Source: an uncultured bacterium
GTDB taxonomy: Bacteria > Patescibacteriota > Gracilibacteria > UBA1369 > PNNO01
Direction of reading: 5' to 3'
NCBI GenBank assembly: GCA_963704705.1
Contig: OY969931.1
Span: 180,001-212,000, forward strand
Length of the DNA stretch: 32,000 nt
Below the pieces are notes generated by a model that made no database searches, was not told where the DNA came from, and saw nothing but the letters and a program-made list of their open reading frames with translations. Each line of letters opens with the position of its first letter. Within the stretch, counting starts at the first letter, position 1. Positions 1-6,674 of this stretch are shown piece by piece. The translations under genes and the position numbers were made by a program.

Positions 1-77
1 GCTGATTTATATGTTTTTAATAAACGATCAAATTCTTTTTGTTCTTCTTCATTTAATCTGGCATTTTGATTATTCAT
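1..77 (-). CDS. 5' end of an unknown protein (partial, runs off the left edge)
   Basis: Reverse complement of 1-77 reads ATG AAT AAT CAA... = MNNQNARLNEEEQKEFDRLLKTYKS with no stop before the window edge. No homology recognised. Confidence 0.3.
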   Translation of the reverse strand, partial: MNNQNARLNEEEQKEFDRLLKTYKS

Positions 78-140
78 TTTTATTTTATTAATTATCTATA
101 TTAATTATACAACAAATAGTTCAATTGGTCAAAAAAATGA

Positions 141-168
141 TTGACAAATTTTTGCTTATGAATATACT
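141..168 (+). promoter_or_regulatory. sigma70-type promoter (TTGACA, 16-nt spacer, TATACT)
   Basis: TTGACA at 141-146 and TATACT at 163-168, about 35 nt upstream of the 204 ATG. Confidence 0.5.
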
Positions 169-203
169 CTTATCTTGGCTTTTTACTCTTAACAAAATAA
201 AAA

Positions 204-464
204 ATGGCTAGTCGCGATCATAACGCTGAGCACTTTGAACAATGGATTGTTGATACCATTGCAGATCAAGGTCTCATTGAATCACAAGATAAACATGAAA
301 TTGAAGTTCCATGTCCATGTTGTAAAACAGGTCTTGTTAGATTGGAAATCAACGGTAAATTAAGTCAGGTCATGGCTAAATGTTCTAATCATGACGAGGG
401 AAAATGCGGAAGCCATAAAGTTATCATGCCTTATAAAAACCGCAGACAAAGTGCAGTTAGTTGA
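204..464 (+). CDS. small Cys/His-rich hypothetical protein (possible zinc ribbon)
   Basis: 86-aa ORF with CPCC...CSNH...CGSH spacing. It has its own consensus-like promoter. No family recognised. Confidence 0.5.
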   Translation: MASRDHNAEHFEQWIVDTIADQGLIESQDKHEIEVPCPCCKTGLVRLEINGKLSQVMAKCSNHDEGKCGSHKVIMPYKNRRQSAVS

Positions 465-480
465 TAACAAAGTTTAATCG

Positions 481-489
481 TGGTATAAT
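481..489 (+). promoter_or_regulatory. extended -10 element (TGgTATAAT) upstream of rnj
   Basis: tggtataat at 481-489, about 48 nt before the 537 ATG. Confidence 0.45.
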
Positions 490-536
490 GTAAGTGAATT
501 CGACTAGGACAAAATTGAATTTGAGTAACAAAATTT

Positions 537-2360
537 ATGAACAATCAGTTAGACCGCTGGATAGAAGAGAAACTTCAACATACAGCGAATCCGCAAAAAA
601 TTAAAACCCCCACGCTGCAGCGTCAGCGGAAGCGGCAATCTTTTAGAAAACGAAAATCTCACCATCAAAACAAGCAAAACAAGGGTGAATTTGTTAATAA
701 AGTACGTATTTTGCCATTGGGCGGGCTTGATGAAGTCGGCAAAAACATGATGGCAATTGAATATGGCCGCGATATCATAATAATAGATATGGGATTCCAG
801 TTTCCTGATGAGGATATGCTTGGAATCGACTACGTTATTCCTGATATTTCATGGCTAAAAGAGCGCAAAAACCGCATTCGCGGTATTATTCTGACTCATG
901 GCCATTTGGATCACATCGGAGGAATACCGTACATTTTACCTGAACTTGGATTTCCGCAGCTTTACGGCACTAAACTTACCTTAGGCTTAGTCGAAAAACG
1001 TGTCGAGGAGTTTGGAATCAAAAAAGAATCGGTATTAAATGTTTTTAATCCTGACGACACTCTTAAATTAGGCGCTTTTAAATGCCGATTTTTTAGAGTT
1101 AATCATTCGATTCCCGATGGTGTAGGCGTTATCGTTGAAACACCTGAAGGTAATATTGTGCATACAGGAGACTTTAAGTTTGATGCAAGCCCGGCTGATC
1201 AAATTCAGGCGGATTATGATAAATTAAGCGAACTCGGTAAAAAGAGAAATGCCACAATCCTATTTTCTGACAGCACAAACGCATTAAAAGAGGGCCATAC
1301 CATATCAGAAGAAGCAATTGGTGAAACCCTTGATACTTTGATTGGTGAAACTGATGGCAGAATTATTATTGCATCATTTTCGTCTTTAATAGGCAGAATC
1401 CAGCAAATTTTAAATTCAGCTCAAAAGTACAAAAAACAGGTTTTTGTAAGTGGACGAAGCTTGATTGATAATATTGGAATTGCAGAACGGCTCGGATATA
1501 TAAAAGTTCCCAAAGGGCTTATACATGATGTTCGAAAAGCTCAAAAAGTTCCCGGCAAAAACGCTCTTATTTTAACAACAGGAAGCCAGGGTGAAGCTGT
1601 TTCAGCATTAACAAGAATTTCGCTTAATGATCACAAGCATATAAAAATTAAAAAAGGCGATACTGTAATTATTTCAGCAACACCAATTATAGGTAATGAA
1701 CGTGCTATCTACACCGTAATTGATAATTTAACAAAACTTGGTGCCAGAGTGATCGATAATAAGATTATGGATGTTCACACTTCGGGCCATGGATGTCAGG
1801 AAGATTTGAAAATGATGATAAACATGGTTAAGCCAAAGTATTTCGCTCCTATCCATGGGTTTTTCCATATGCGTTCACGACACAGAGAGCTTGCCTTAGA
1901 AGAGGGAATTCATGAACAAAACACAATTATGGCTAATAACGGCGATATTATCGAACTTAAAAAAGGGCAGGTAACCATGAGTAAAGAAAAAATTGATACA
2001 AATTATATTCTTGTTGATGGTCTTGGAATGGGTGATCTTGGTTCACGTGTACTTGTTGAACGTCAGATGATGGCGGAAAACGGCTGTATTGTAGTAAACA
2101 TGAAAGTCAGAAAAAACAATAAAAGGCTGGTAAATAGCCCTGAGCTTATTACCCGCGGATTTATTTATCAAACTGAATCTGAAAAAGTTTTACAGGATTT
2201 AAAAGCTGATATTAAAAAGAAATATGACAAATTTTTAAGTAAACATGCGAATCCGGGCCATCAAAACATTCAACAATTTATAGCTTCGGTTATTGATAAA
2301 TTCACACACAGGGTACTTGAAAGAAGGCCGCTTATTATTGTTAACGTTCTGGAACAATAG
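537..2360 (+). CDS. rnj: ribonuclease J (metallo-beta-lactamase/beta-CASP RNase) with a basic N-terminal extension
   Basis: 607 aa. Has the HGHLDHIGG metallo-beta-lactamase motif and RNase J-like architecture and length. Lys/Arg/Gln-rich N-terminal tail. Confidence 0.9.
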   Translation: MNNQLDRWIEEKLQHTANPQKIKTPTLQRQRKRQSFRKRKSHHQNKQNKGEFVNKVRILPLGGLDEVGKNMMAIEYGRDIIIIDMGFQFPDEDMLGIDYVIPDISWLKERKNRIRGIILTHGHLDHIGGIPYILPELGFPQLYGTKLTLGLVEKRVEEFGIKKESVLNVFNPDDTLKLGAFKCRFFRVNHSIPDGVGVIVETPEGNIVHTGDFKFDASPADQIQADYDKLSELGKKRNATILFSDSTNALKEGHTISEEAIGETLDTLIGETDGRIIIASFSSLIGRIQQILNSAQKYKKQVFVSGRSLIDNIGIAERLGYIKVPKGLIHDVRKAQKVPGKNALILTTGSQGEAVSALTRISLNDHKHIKIKKGDTVIISATPIIGNERAIYTVIDNLTKLGARVIDNKIMDVHTSGHGCQEDLKMMINMVKPKYFAPIHGFFHMRSRHRELALEEGIHEQNTIMANNGDIIELKKGQVTMSKEKIDTNYILVDGLGMGDLGSRVLVERQMMAENGCIVVNMKVRKNNKRLVNSPELITRGFIYQTESEKVLQDLKADIKKKYDKFLSKHANPGHQNIQQFIASVIDKFTHRVLERRPLIIVNVLEQ

Positions 2361-2589
2361 GGAATTTTACTTTATGTCCAGCTTCCTTAAGTTTTGTTAG
2401 TACTTGTTTTGCTAAATCGCTTAGAGGTCTTTCCGGCCTTGCTTCCATAATCACTCTGTGTACACCATTTACTATACTTTGGCGTATTTCAAGCGGCTCA
2501 ATATGATTTAATATTCCAAGTACTTCTTCTCGCGAAACCCTTTCATTAAAAGTAATATCAATTAATCGGGGTTGATTTGGTATTCTCAT
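2341..2589 (-). CDS. hypothetical protein, 82 aa
   Basis: The ORF converges on rnj and overlaps it by 20 nt. A minus-strand TTGACA-17-TAGAAT lies just upstream (about 2646-2618). No family recognised. Confidence 0.45.
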   Translation of the reverse strand: MRIPNQPRLIDITFNERVSREEVLGILNHIEPLEIRQSIVNGVHRVIMEARPERPLSDLAKQVLTKLKEAGHKVKFPIVPER

Positions 2590-2720
2590 AATATAGTAAA
2601 TATTAATGACAAGAGTTGATTCTAAAACATTTATTATAATTTGTCAATAGTAGAATTTTATTTAAAAACGTTAGTTTTCCCCGGGGAATTTTTACTATTT
2701 TCATTTTTAAGCGGTCTGTA

Positions 2721-2749
2721 TAAAAAAAGCCAACCTTTTAAGGATGGCT
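2721..2749 (-). terminator. rho-independent terminator closing the minus-strand tRNA/tRNA-like cluster
   Basis: Minus strand reads AGCCATCC-ttaaaa-GGTTGGCT (8-bp stem, one mismatch) followed by T7. Confidence 0.65.
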
Positions 2750-2802
2750 TTAAGCAGCAAGTTGCTGGACTTAACACTTAAATTATACACCTAATACACT
2801 CA

Positions 2803-2869
2803 TGGAGGCAAGGAGAGTCGAACTCCTGTTGTGAGGTTGTTAAGTCCTGCAACGCGACCTGCTGCCCCC
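2803..2869 (-). ncRNA. aberrant tRNA/tmRNA-like minihelix (no D arm, G3:U70, A73, no encoded CCA)
   Basis: Minus strand reads GGGGGCA-GCAGGTC-(GTTG..CAAC hairpin)-AGGAG TTCGACT CTCCT-TGCCTCC-A. The T arm and 7-bp acceptor stem are canonical; the remainder is not. Confidence 0.5.
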
Positions 2870-3009
2870 TGAGTGTATTAGTGAAAGAATTATAATAATT
2901 AATTATTAAATTTTGATTAAAAAAATCTAAAAAATTTATTTATTGGGGGATTTCCGCTCCGCTCGGCTTTCGGCCTCACTCCAAAGACCTCCGCTATCGC
3001 TGCGGTCTA

Positions 3010-3096
3010 TGGTGGGCAGGGAGAGATTTGAACTCCCGTAGACACAAGGTCGTCAGATTTACAGTCTGATGCGATTGACCGCTCCGCCACCTGCCC
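3010..3096 (-). tRNA. tRNA-Tyr (GTA), long variable arm, CCA encoded
   Basis: Hand-folded cloverleaf: acceptor GGGCAGG/CCTGCCC, anticodon loop CTGTAAA, 15-nt variable arm, T loop TTCAAAT. Confidence 0.9.
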
Positions 3097-3137
3097 ATGT
3101 TAATATCTAATTAGCAATTAGTAATTAGTAATTGAAG

Positions 3138-3213
3138 GTGGAGCCACCTGTCGGGATCGAACCGACGACCCACAGTTTACAAGACTGTTGCTCTACCAAC
3201 TGAGCTAAGGTGG
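3138..3213 (-). tRNA. tRNA-Thr (TGT), CCA encoded
   Basis: Acceptor GCCACCT/AGGTGGC, D arm GCTC-AGTTGGTA-GAGC, anticodon loop CTTGTAA, T loop TTCGATC. Confidence 0.92.
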
Positions 3214-3282
3214 CTTATTATGGTGTTAAAGATCACAAAAGATGATATTGTAAAAAAAACGTAATGTCAATAAAATTAAAAC

Positions 3283-4161
3283 ATGGATGAATTAAATATT
3301 AAACAGAATGAGCCTTTGGCTTCATATACCGCATATAAAATAGGCGGACCCGCTGATTTTTTCGCTGAAGCAACCCAACCTGAACAAATTCCAAAATTAA
3401 TCGAATATGCAAAAAATAAAAATGTACCTTTTTTTATGCTTGGAGGAGGATGCAATACGGTTTTCTCAGATAAAGGATTTAGAGGTCTTATAATTCACAA
3501 TAAAGCCAATAAAATTGAAGTGCATGGCAGTAGAGTAATTGCCGAATCAGGGGCAATGCTGGCAATGGTTATAGCAGAGGCCAGAAAGCATGAATTGGGC
3601 GGAATTATTAAGCTCGTAGGGCTTCCAGGCACTATTGGAGGCGCAATTTACGGTAATGCAGGCGCTCAGGGTGTAGAAATAGGGGATTTTGTTGAATCTG
3701 TTGAGATATACAGGCTTGGCCAGGGAATTATTGAAGAACACAAAGAGTATTTTCAATTTTCATATCGAACTTCTATTTTGAAAAAAACACACGAAATAGT
3801 ATTAAAAGTTACATTGGAATTGCCTAATCTTGATCCTGAAGATGTTGCAACCGAAGTTTTATTGTTTCGGGCACAAAAACAACCAAAGGGTAAAGTGGCT
3901 GGTTCTTTTTTTAAAAATCCAACTTCTACCGAATCTGCGGGTTATTTAATTGATAAAGCAGGGCTTAAAGGTACAAAAATAGGAGATATTGAAGTTTCGC
4001 AGCAACATGGTAATTGGCTTATGAATGTTGGTAATGCAACGCAAGAAGATGTTATTGAAGTTGCCAAAAAGCTCAAGCAAGAGGTAAAAAATAAGTTTGG
4101 GGCTGAGCTTGAACCTGAAAATATACTTATAGATGAGTTTGGTAATAAAATTGACATATAG
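3283..4161 (+). CDS. murB: UDP-N-acetylenolpyruvoylglucosamine reductase
   Basis: 292 aa with YKIGGPADFF and GGGCNTVF FAD-binding motifs typical of MurB. Confidence 0.9.
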   Translation: MDELNIKQNEPLASYTAYKIGGPADFFAEATQPEQIPKLIEYAKNKNVPFFMLGGGCNTVFSDKGFRGLIIHNKANKIEVHGSRVIAESGAMLAMVIAEARKHELGGIIKLVGLPGTIGGAIYGNAGAQGVEIGDFVESVEIYRLGQGIIEEHKEYFQFSYRTSILKKTHEIVLKVTLELPNLDPEDVATEVLLFRAQKQPKGKVAGSFFKNPTSTESAGYLIDKAGLKGTKIGDIEVSQQHGNWLMNVGNATQEDVIEVAKKLKQEVKNKFGAELEPENILIDEFGNKIDI

Positions 4162-4266
4162 TTTTATTCTTTGACAAGGGTATTGATTTTTTGTCAAATA
4201 TTTGCTAAAATAAAGTGAAAGCTTAAATAAAAATAGTTTTCAATAAAACTTTATAACCCAAACAAA

Positions 4267-4674
4267 ATGACTAAAACCGCTCTAAAAAAGGGTCTAAAAC
4301 AGGGACTAATCGTTCTGGGCCTTACAACAGTGCTTCTGACTATCTTTTCAGCACTTGGAGGAGTGGCATCAGCGCAGTTGATACAGCAAGGTGATGTACC
4401 TTCAAGTATTGCACAGGCGACTGGCGGGGAAGGATCAATCAGAAATTTAATTCTGAACATTGTTAATTTCTTCCTATTATTCCTAGGTTTGATTGCTGTA
4501 ATCATGATTATCTACGGTGGTATTACTTATGTAACTGCTGGAGGCAATCAAGAACATGTAGAAAAAGCCAAGAAAATCATCATGTACGCAATCATAGGTA
4601 TCGTTATCGTTTTGATCTCATTCGCACTTGTAAGAACAGTTATCTCAGGTGCTGGACAGGGAGCAGAATTATAA
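4267..4674 (+). CDS. TrbC/VirB2-like (PF18895-type) secreted pilin-like membrane protein
   Basis: 135 aa. Signal peptide ending ...VASAQ, then two hydrophobic helices separated by the loop GGITYVTAGGNQEHVEKAKK. This pattern is typical of the T4SS-type pilins common in CPR genomes. Confidence 0.5.
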   Translation: MTKTALKKGLKQGLIVLGLTTVLLTIFSALGGVASAQLIQQGDVPSSIAQATGGEGSIRNLILNIVNFFLLFLGLIAVIMIIYGGITYVTAGGNQEHVEKAKKIIMYAIIGIVIVLISFALVRTVISGAGQGAEL

Positions 4675-4773
4675 AAAGACCAGAGGCGAGCTACAAGCGA
4701 GTCTCTCGCGAGCGAAAACTTATCGCGAGCGTAGTGAACTCCTTATTGAAAAGAAATTGTAAAACAATTAATT

Positions 4774-4806
4774 AGCTCCGGCTTTACTTTCAAAAAAGCC
4801 GGGGCT
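4774..4806. terminator. 12-bp stem-loop between convergent genes (probable bidirectional terminator)
   Basis: AGCTCCGGCTTT-actttcaaa-AAAGCCGGGGCT followed by ttattta. It lies between the stop at 4674 (+) and the stop at 4811 (-). Confidence 0.55.
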
Positions 4807-4810
4807 TTAT

Positions 4811-5335
4811 TTATGCAACATCAGCGTATAACTTAGTTACCCTTTCTTCATCTTCAATATAGGTTTTAGCCCATTTGTTTTTCACAACAATTAATCCTTT
4901 TTTTATTTCAACTATATCTCTAGCCGGGATTAGTCGTTCGCTACCTTTGAACAAACCCAAAAACGATTTATAAACCACAATTTTGGTTAATCCAAAACCT
5001 TTTACATCAATATAATAATCCTGAACATGACCCAGATAGTCGCCTTTTTGGGTTTCAACCCTATTTTTTAAAATTCTGATATCTCCTTTAATTATTTCAT
5101 CCACTTTTATGACTTCCTGAGCGTCAATAATATCTTCGTGGTCGCTAATTGTTATTGCCTGTCCAAAAAATATAATATCCATTGGTGTAATAATTTTTAA
5201 TTTTCCGTTATTAACAAAAAAAGCAGCTACTTTGCCGTCCCTATAATCAATAATAACATCTGTTATGCGCCCTACTTTACCAATCCCCTCAACAACAATC
5301 GGCATTCCTATAATTAAACTGTATGATTTTTCCAT
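4811..5335 (-). CDS. PRC-barrel domain protein (two repeats)
   Basis: 174 aa. G-x-V-x-D-hydrophobic motifs repeat (GRITDVIIDYRDGKV, GHVQDYYIDVKG), resembling YlmC/PRC-barrel proteins. Confidence 0.5.
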   Translation of the reverse strand: MEKSYSLIIGMPIVVEGIGKVGRITDVIIDYRDGKVAAFFVNNGKLKIITPMDIIFFGQAITISDHEDIIDAQEVIKVDEIIKGDIRILKNRVETQKGDYLGHVQDYYIDVKGFGLTKIVVYKSFLGLFKGSERLIPARDIVEIKKGLIVVKNKWAKTYIEDEERVTKLYADVA

Positions 5336-5360
5336 ATTTCCATTCTAAAGCAAAAATTCT

Positions 5361-5389
5361 TTGACTTCAAAAGGGAAATTTCATATAGT
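5361..5389 (+). promoter_or_regulatory. sigma70-type promoter for tRNA-Pro (TTGACT-17-TATAGT)
   Basis: TTGACT at 5361-5366, a 17-nt spacer, TATAGT at 5384-5389. The tRNA starts at 5420. Confidence 0.55.
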
Positions 5390-5419
5390 TAGAAGGCTTT
5401 AAAAATATAAACAATATTT

Positions 5420-5497
5420 CGGGGCATAGCGTAGTCCGGTTAGCGCGCTCGGTTTGGGACCGAGAGGTCGCAGGTTCAAATCCTGCTGCCCCGACCA
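5420..5497 (+). tRNA. tRNA-Pro (TGG), CCA encoded
   Basis: Acceptor CGGGGCA/TGCCCCG, anticodon loop TTTGGGA, T loop TTCAAAT. Confidence 0.92.
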
Positions 5498-5527
5498 TTA
5501 GTCATTATTATTTTTAAATATATATAA

Positions 5528-6094
5528 ATGTCAAAATTTAATATTGAAAAGAGGGAAACAGCAGAATTGCCACATATCAGCCTCAAAGATACTGTAGAAG
5601 TTAAAAGGCCGACTGTTGGCACAGCAGAATTACCTGCAATACCTGAGAGATTAATTACAGGCGATGTAGCTGAACAGGCAGCTTTAGTTCTTGAGGAGGT
5701 TTTGAATTTAGGCGAAACAGGAGATTTTGAGGAGGAACAGGATAAAGATAGAGAAATGGCTTTAAGAAGACGCATAGTTGTTCAACTTGAAAAAATATTG
5801 GAATTTTTAAACAAAATTTGGAATCTGTATAGACATAGTGTTCCTACTTTGCATGAACAATTATCTCTATTTTACAACAGTATAAATGCAAATATCCAAC
5901 GACTTGAAAATAGTGAAATTTCTTCAAAGGATGCAATAGTAACTGTTTATAGAATTCTTTTACCTTTAATTAGTAAGTTACCTATGCAATTTACTAAAGC
6001 TCAGGATGAAAATTTTAAATTTGAAGAAGTTATTGATGAAATAAGAGAGTGCTTGGCAACTTTAGCACGTATGATAAAAAATAAATCCGAATAA
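5528..6094 (+). CDS. hypothetical acidic protein, 188 aa
   Basis: AT-rich ORF with host-like composition. Contains a duplicated TAELP motif. The antisense ORF 5476..5775 overlaps tRNA-Pro and is judged spurious. Confidence 0.55.
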   Translation: MSKFNIEKRETAELPHISLKDTVEVKRPTVGTAELPAIPERLITGDVAEQAALVLEEVLNLGETGDFEEEQDKDREMALRRRIVVQLEKILEFLNKIWNLYRHSVPTLHEQLSLFYNSINANIQRLENSEISSKDAIVTVYRILLPLISKLPMQFTKAQDENFKFEEVIDEIRECLATLARMIKNKSE

Positions 6095-6101
6095 ATATAT
6101 T

Positions 6102-6133
6102 AAAAATGCTAGCTGACGGGAAAGATGCTAGCA
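6102..6133 (-). terminator. hairpin motif copy A, acting as a minus-strand intrinsic terminator
   Basis: TGCTAGC-13 nt-GCTAGCA (6107-6133). On the minus strand it is followed by TTTTT (6106-6102), 29 nt after the stop of the 75-aa ORF. Confidence 0.55.
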
Positions 6134-6161
6134 ACCTGTAGGAGCTTGGAAGATGGATGAG

Positions 6162-6389
6162 TTACTTGTGGAGTCTGGCGTAGGCTTGCTGCTTAGACCT
6201 GGGGCTTTTGGCCTTAGCAGTGAAAGGTTTTGGTCTTCGGCACTCTGTGAAAGACCTGGGACGCCCGACAAGTCCAAGTGCCAGAAGGATCCCAATCATC
6301 ATGAGGTGTCCAATGACCACGTTCCTCACAATGTTTTTCTGAGCGCCCTCCATGGCTTCGAAGATGCTACCCATAATAACTTCGTGCAT
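6162..6389 (-). CDS. candidate small membrane protein, 75 aa (one TM helix plus a basic tail)
   Basis: TM-like segment VVIGHLMMIGILLALGLV followed by an Arg/Lys/Pro-rich tail. Hand-counted GC3 is 45/75. A purine-rich tract lies before the ATG. It competes with overlapping ORFs on both strands. Confidence 0.35.
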   Translation of the reverse strand: MHEVIMGSIFEAMEGAQKNIVRNVVIGHLMMIGILLALGLVGRPRSFTECRRPKPFTAKAKSPRSKQQAYARLHK

Positions 6390-6557
6390 ACAACACTCTT
6401 CTTTCTCCCTGTGGTTGTTTGTTGGTCACAGGGGAGCATCCTGTAAATATTTGCAAGATGGTTCCCTGCGAACAATTTCTTTTCTCGACAGCTAGTTGTG
6501 AATGGTCGAGAGCAGATGAGCATTAATTGCCATTTACTCTATTCGAAACCAACACCC

Positions 6558-6585
6558 ATTATAAGGTGTTGATATAAAATGTCAA
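6558..6585 (-). promoter_or_regulatory. consensus sigma70 promoter (TTGACA-16-TATAAT) with the -10 inside a 7-bp palindrome
   Basis: Minus strand: TTGACA at 6585-6580 and TATAAT at 6563-6558. The inverted repeat CAACACC (6550-6556)/GGTGTTG (6565-6571) brackets the -10. Confidence 0.5.
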
Positions 6586-6625
6586 CAGTTTGAAAAAAAT
6601 ATTTTAAATTTAGTTGTTTGAGGGA

Positions 6626-6674
6626 TGTTAGCTGGCGGGAAAGGTGCTAACAACCGGAAGGTGGAAGGAAGGAT
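6626..6674. repeat. hairpin motif copy B (TGTTAGC-13 nt-GCTAACA plus purine tract)
   Basis: Aligns with 6107-6157. The stem keeps pairing through a C:G to T:A double change. It lies immediately 3' of the 167-aa gene stop (6675-6677). Confidence 0.6.

Noticed and set aside
2803-2869. Calling the tRNA-like element a functional tRNA-Leu(TAA), an ochre-suppressor tRNA, or a genuine tmRNA.
   Set aside because: There is no D arm. The anticodon stem pairs only 3 of 5 positions, the loop is 9 nt, no CCA is encoded, and there is no tag-peptide reading frame or pseudoknot body. It is reported only as a tRNA-like element.
3101-3137. AATTAGY heptamer repeats (taattag caattag taattag taattg) between tRNA-Thr and tRNA-Tyr as a functional repeat.
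   Set aside because: It is a short, AT-rich, low-complexity spacer and is plausibly slippage noise. It is noted only.
3547-4505. Track ORFs antisense to murB and the pilin gene (3547..3756, 3942..4157, 3946..4197, 4251..4505).
   Set aside because: These are shadow frames inside well-supported genes. Their composition is Ser/Leu/Phe/Ile-rich, as is typical of antisense AT-rich coding sequence.
6153-6523. Plus-strand 97-aa ORF (6153..6446) and minus-strand 65-aa ORF (6326..6523) as genes.
   Set aside because: They overlap the 75-aa candidate and their sequences look low-complexity and non-protein-like. The 65-aa ORF has no SD. The 97-aa ORF does have AGGAG 8 nt upstream, so it is not fully excluded and needs comparative or ribosome-profiling data.
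6550-6571. CAACACC-cattataa-GGTGTTG purely as the terminator of the lipoprotein operon.
   Set aside because: Only a weak GTTTCG follows on the minus strand, and the loop is exactly a TATAAT with a TTGACA 16 nt upstream. Promoter/operator is the better reading, but a dual role is not excluded.
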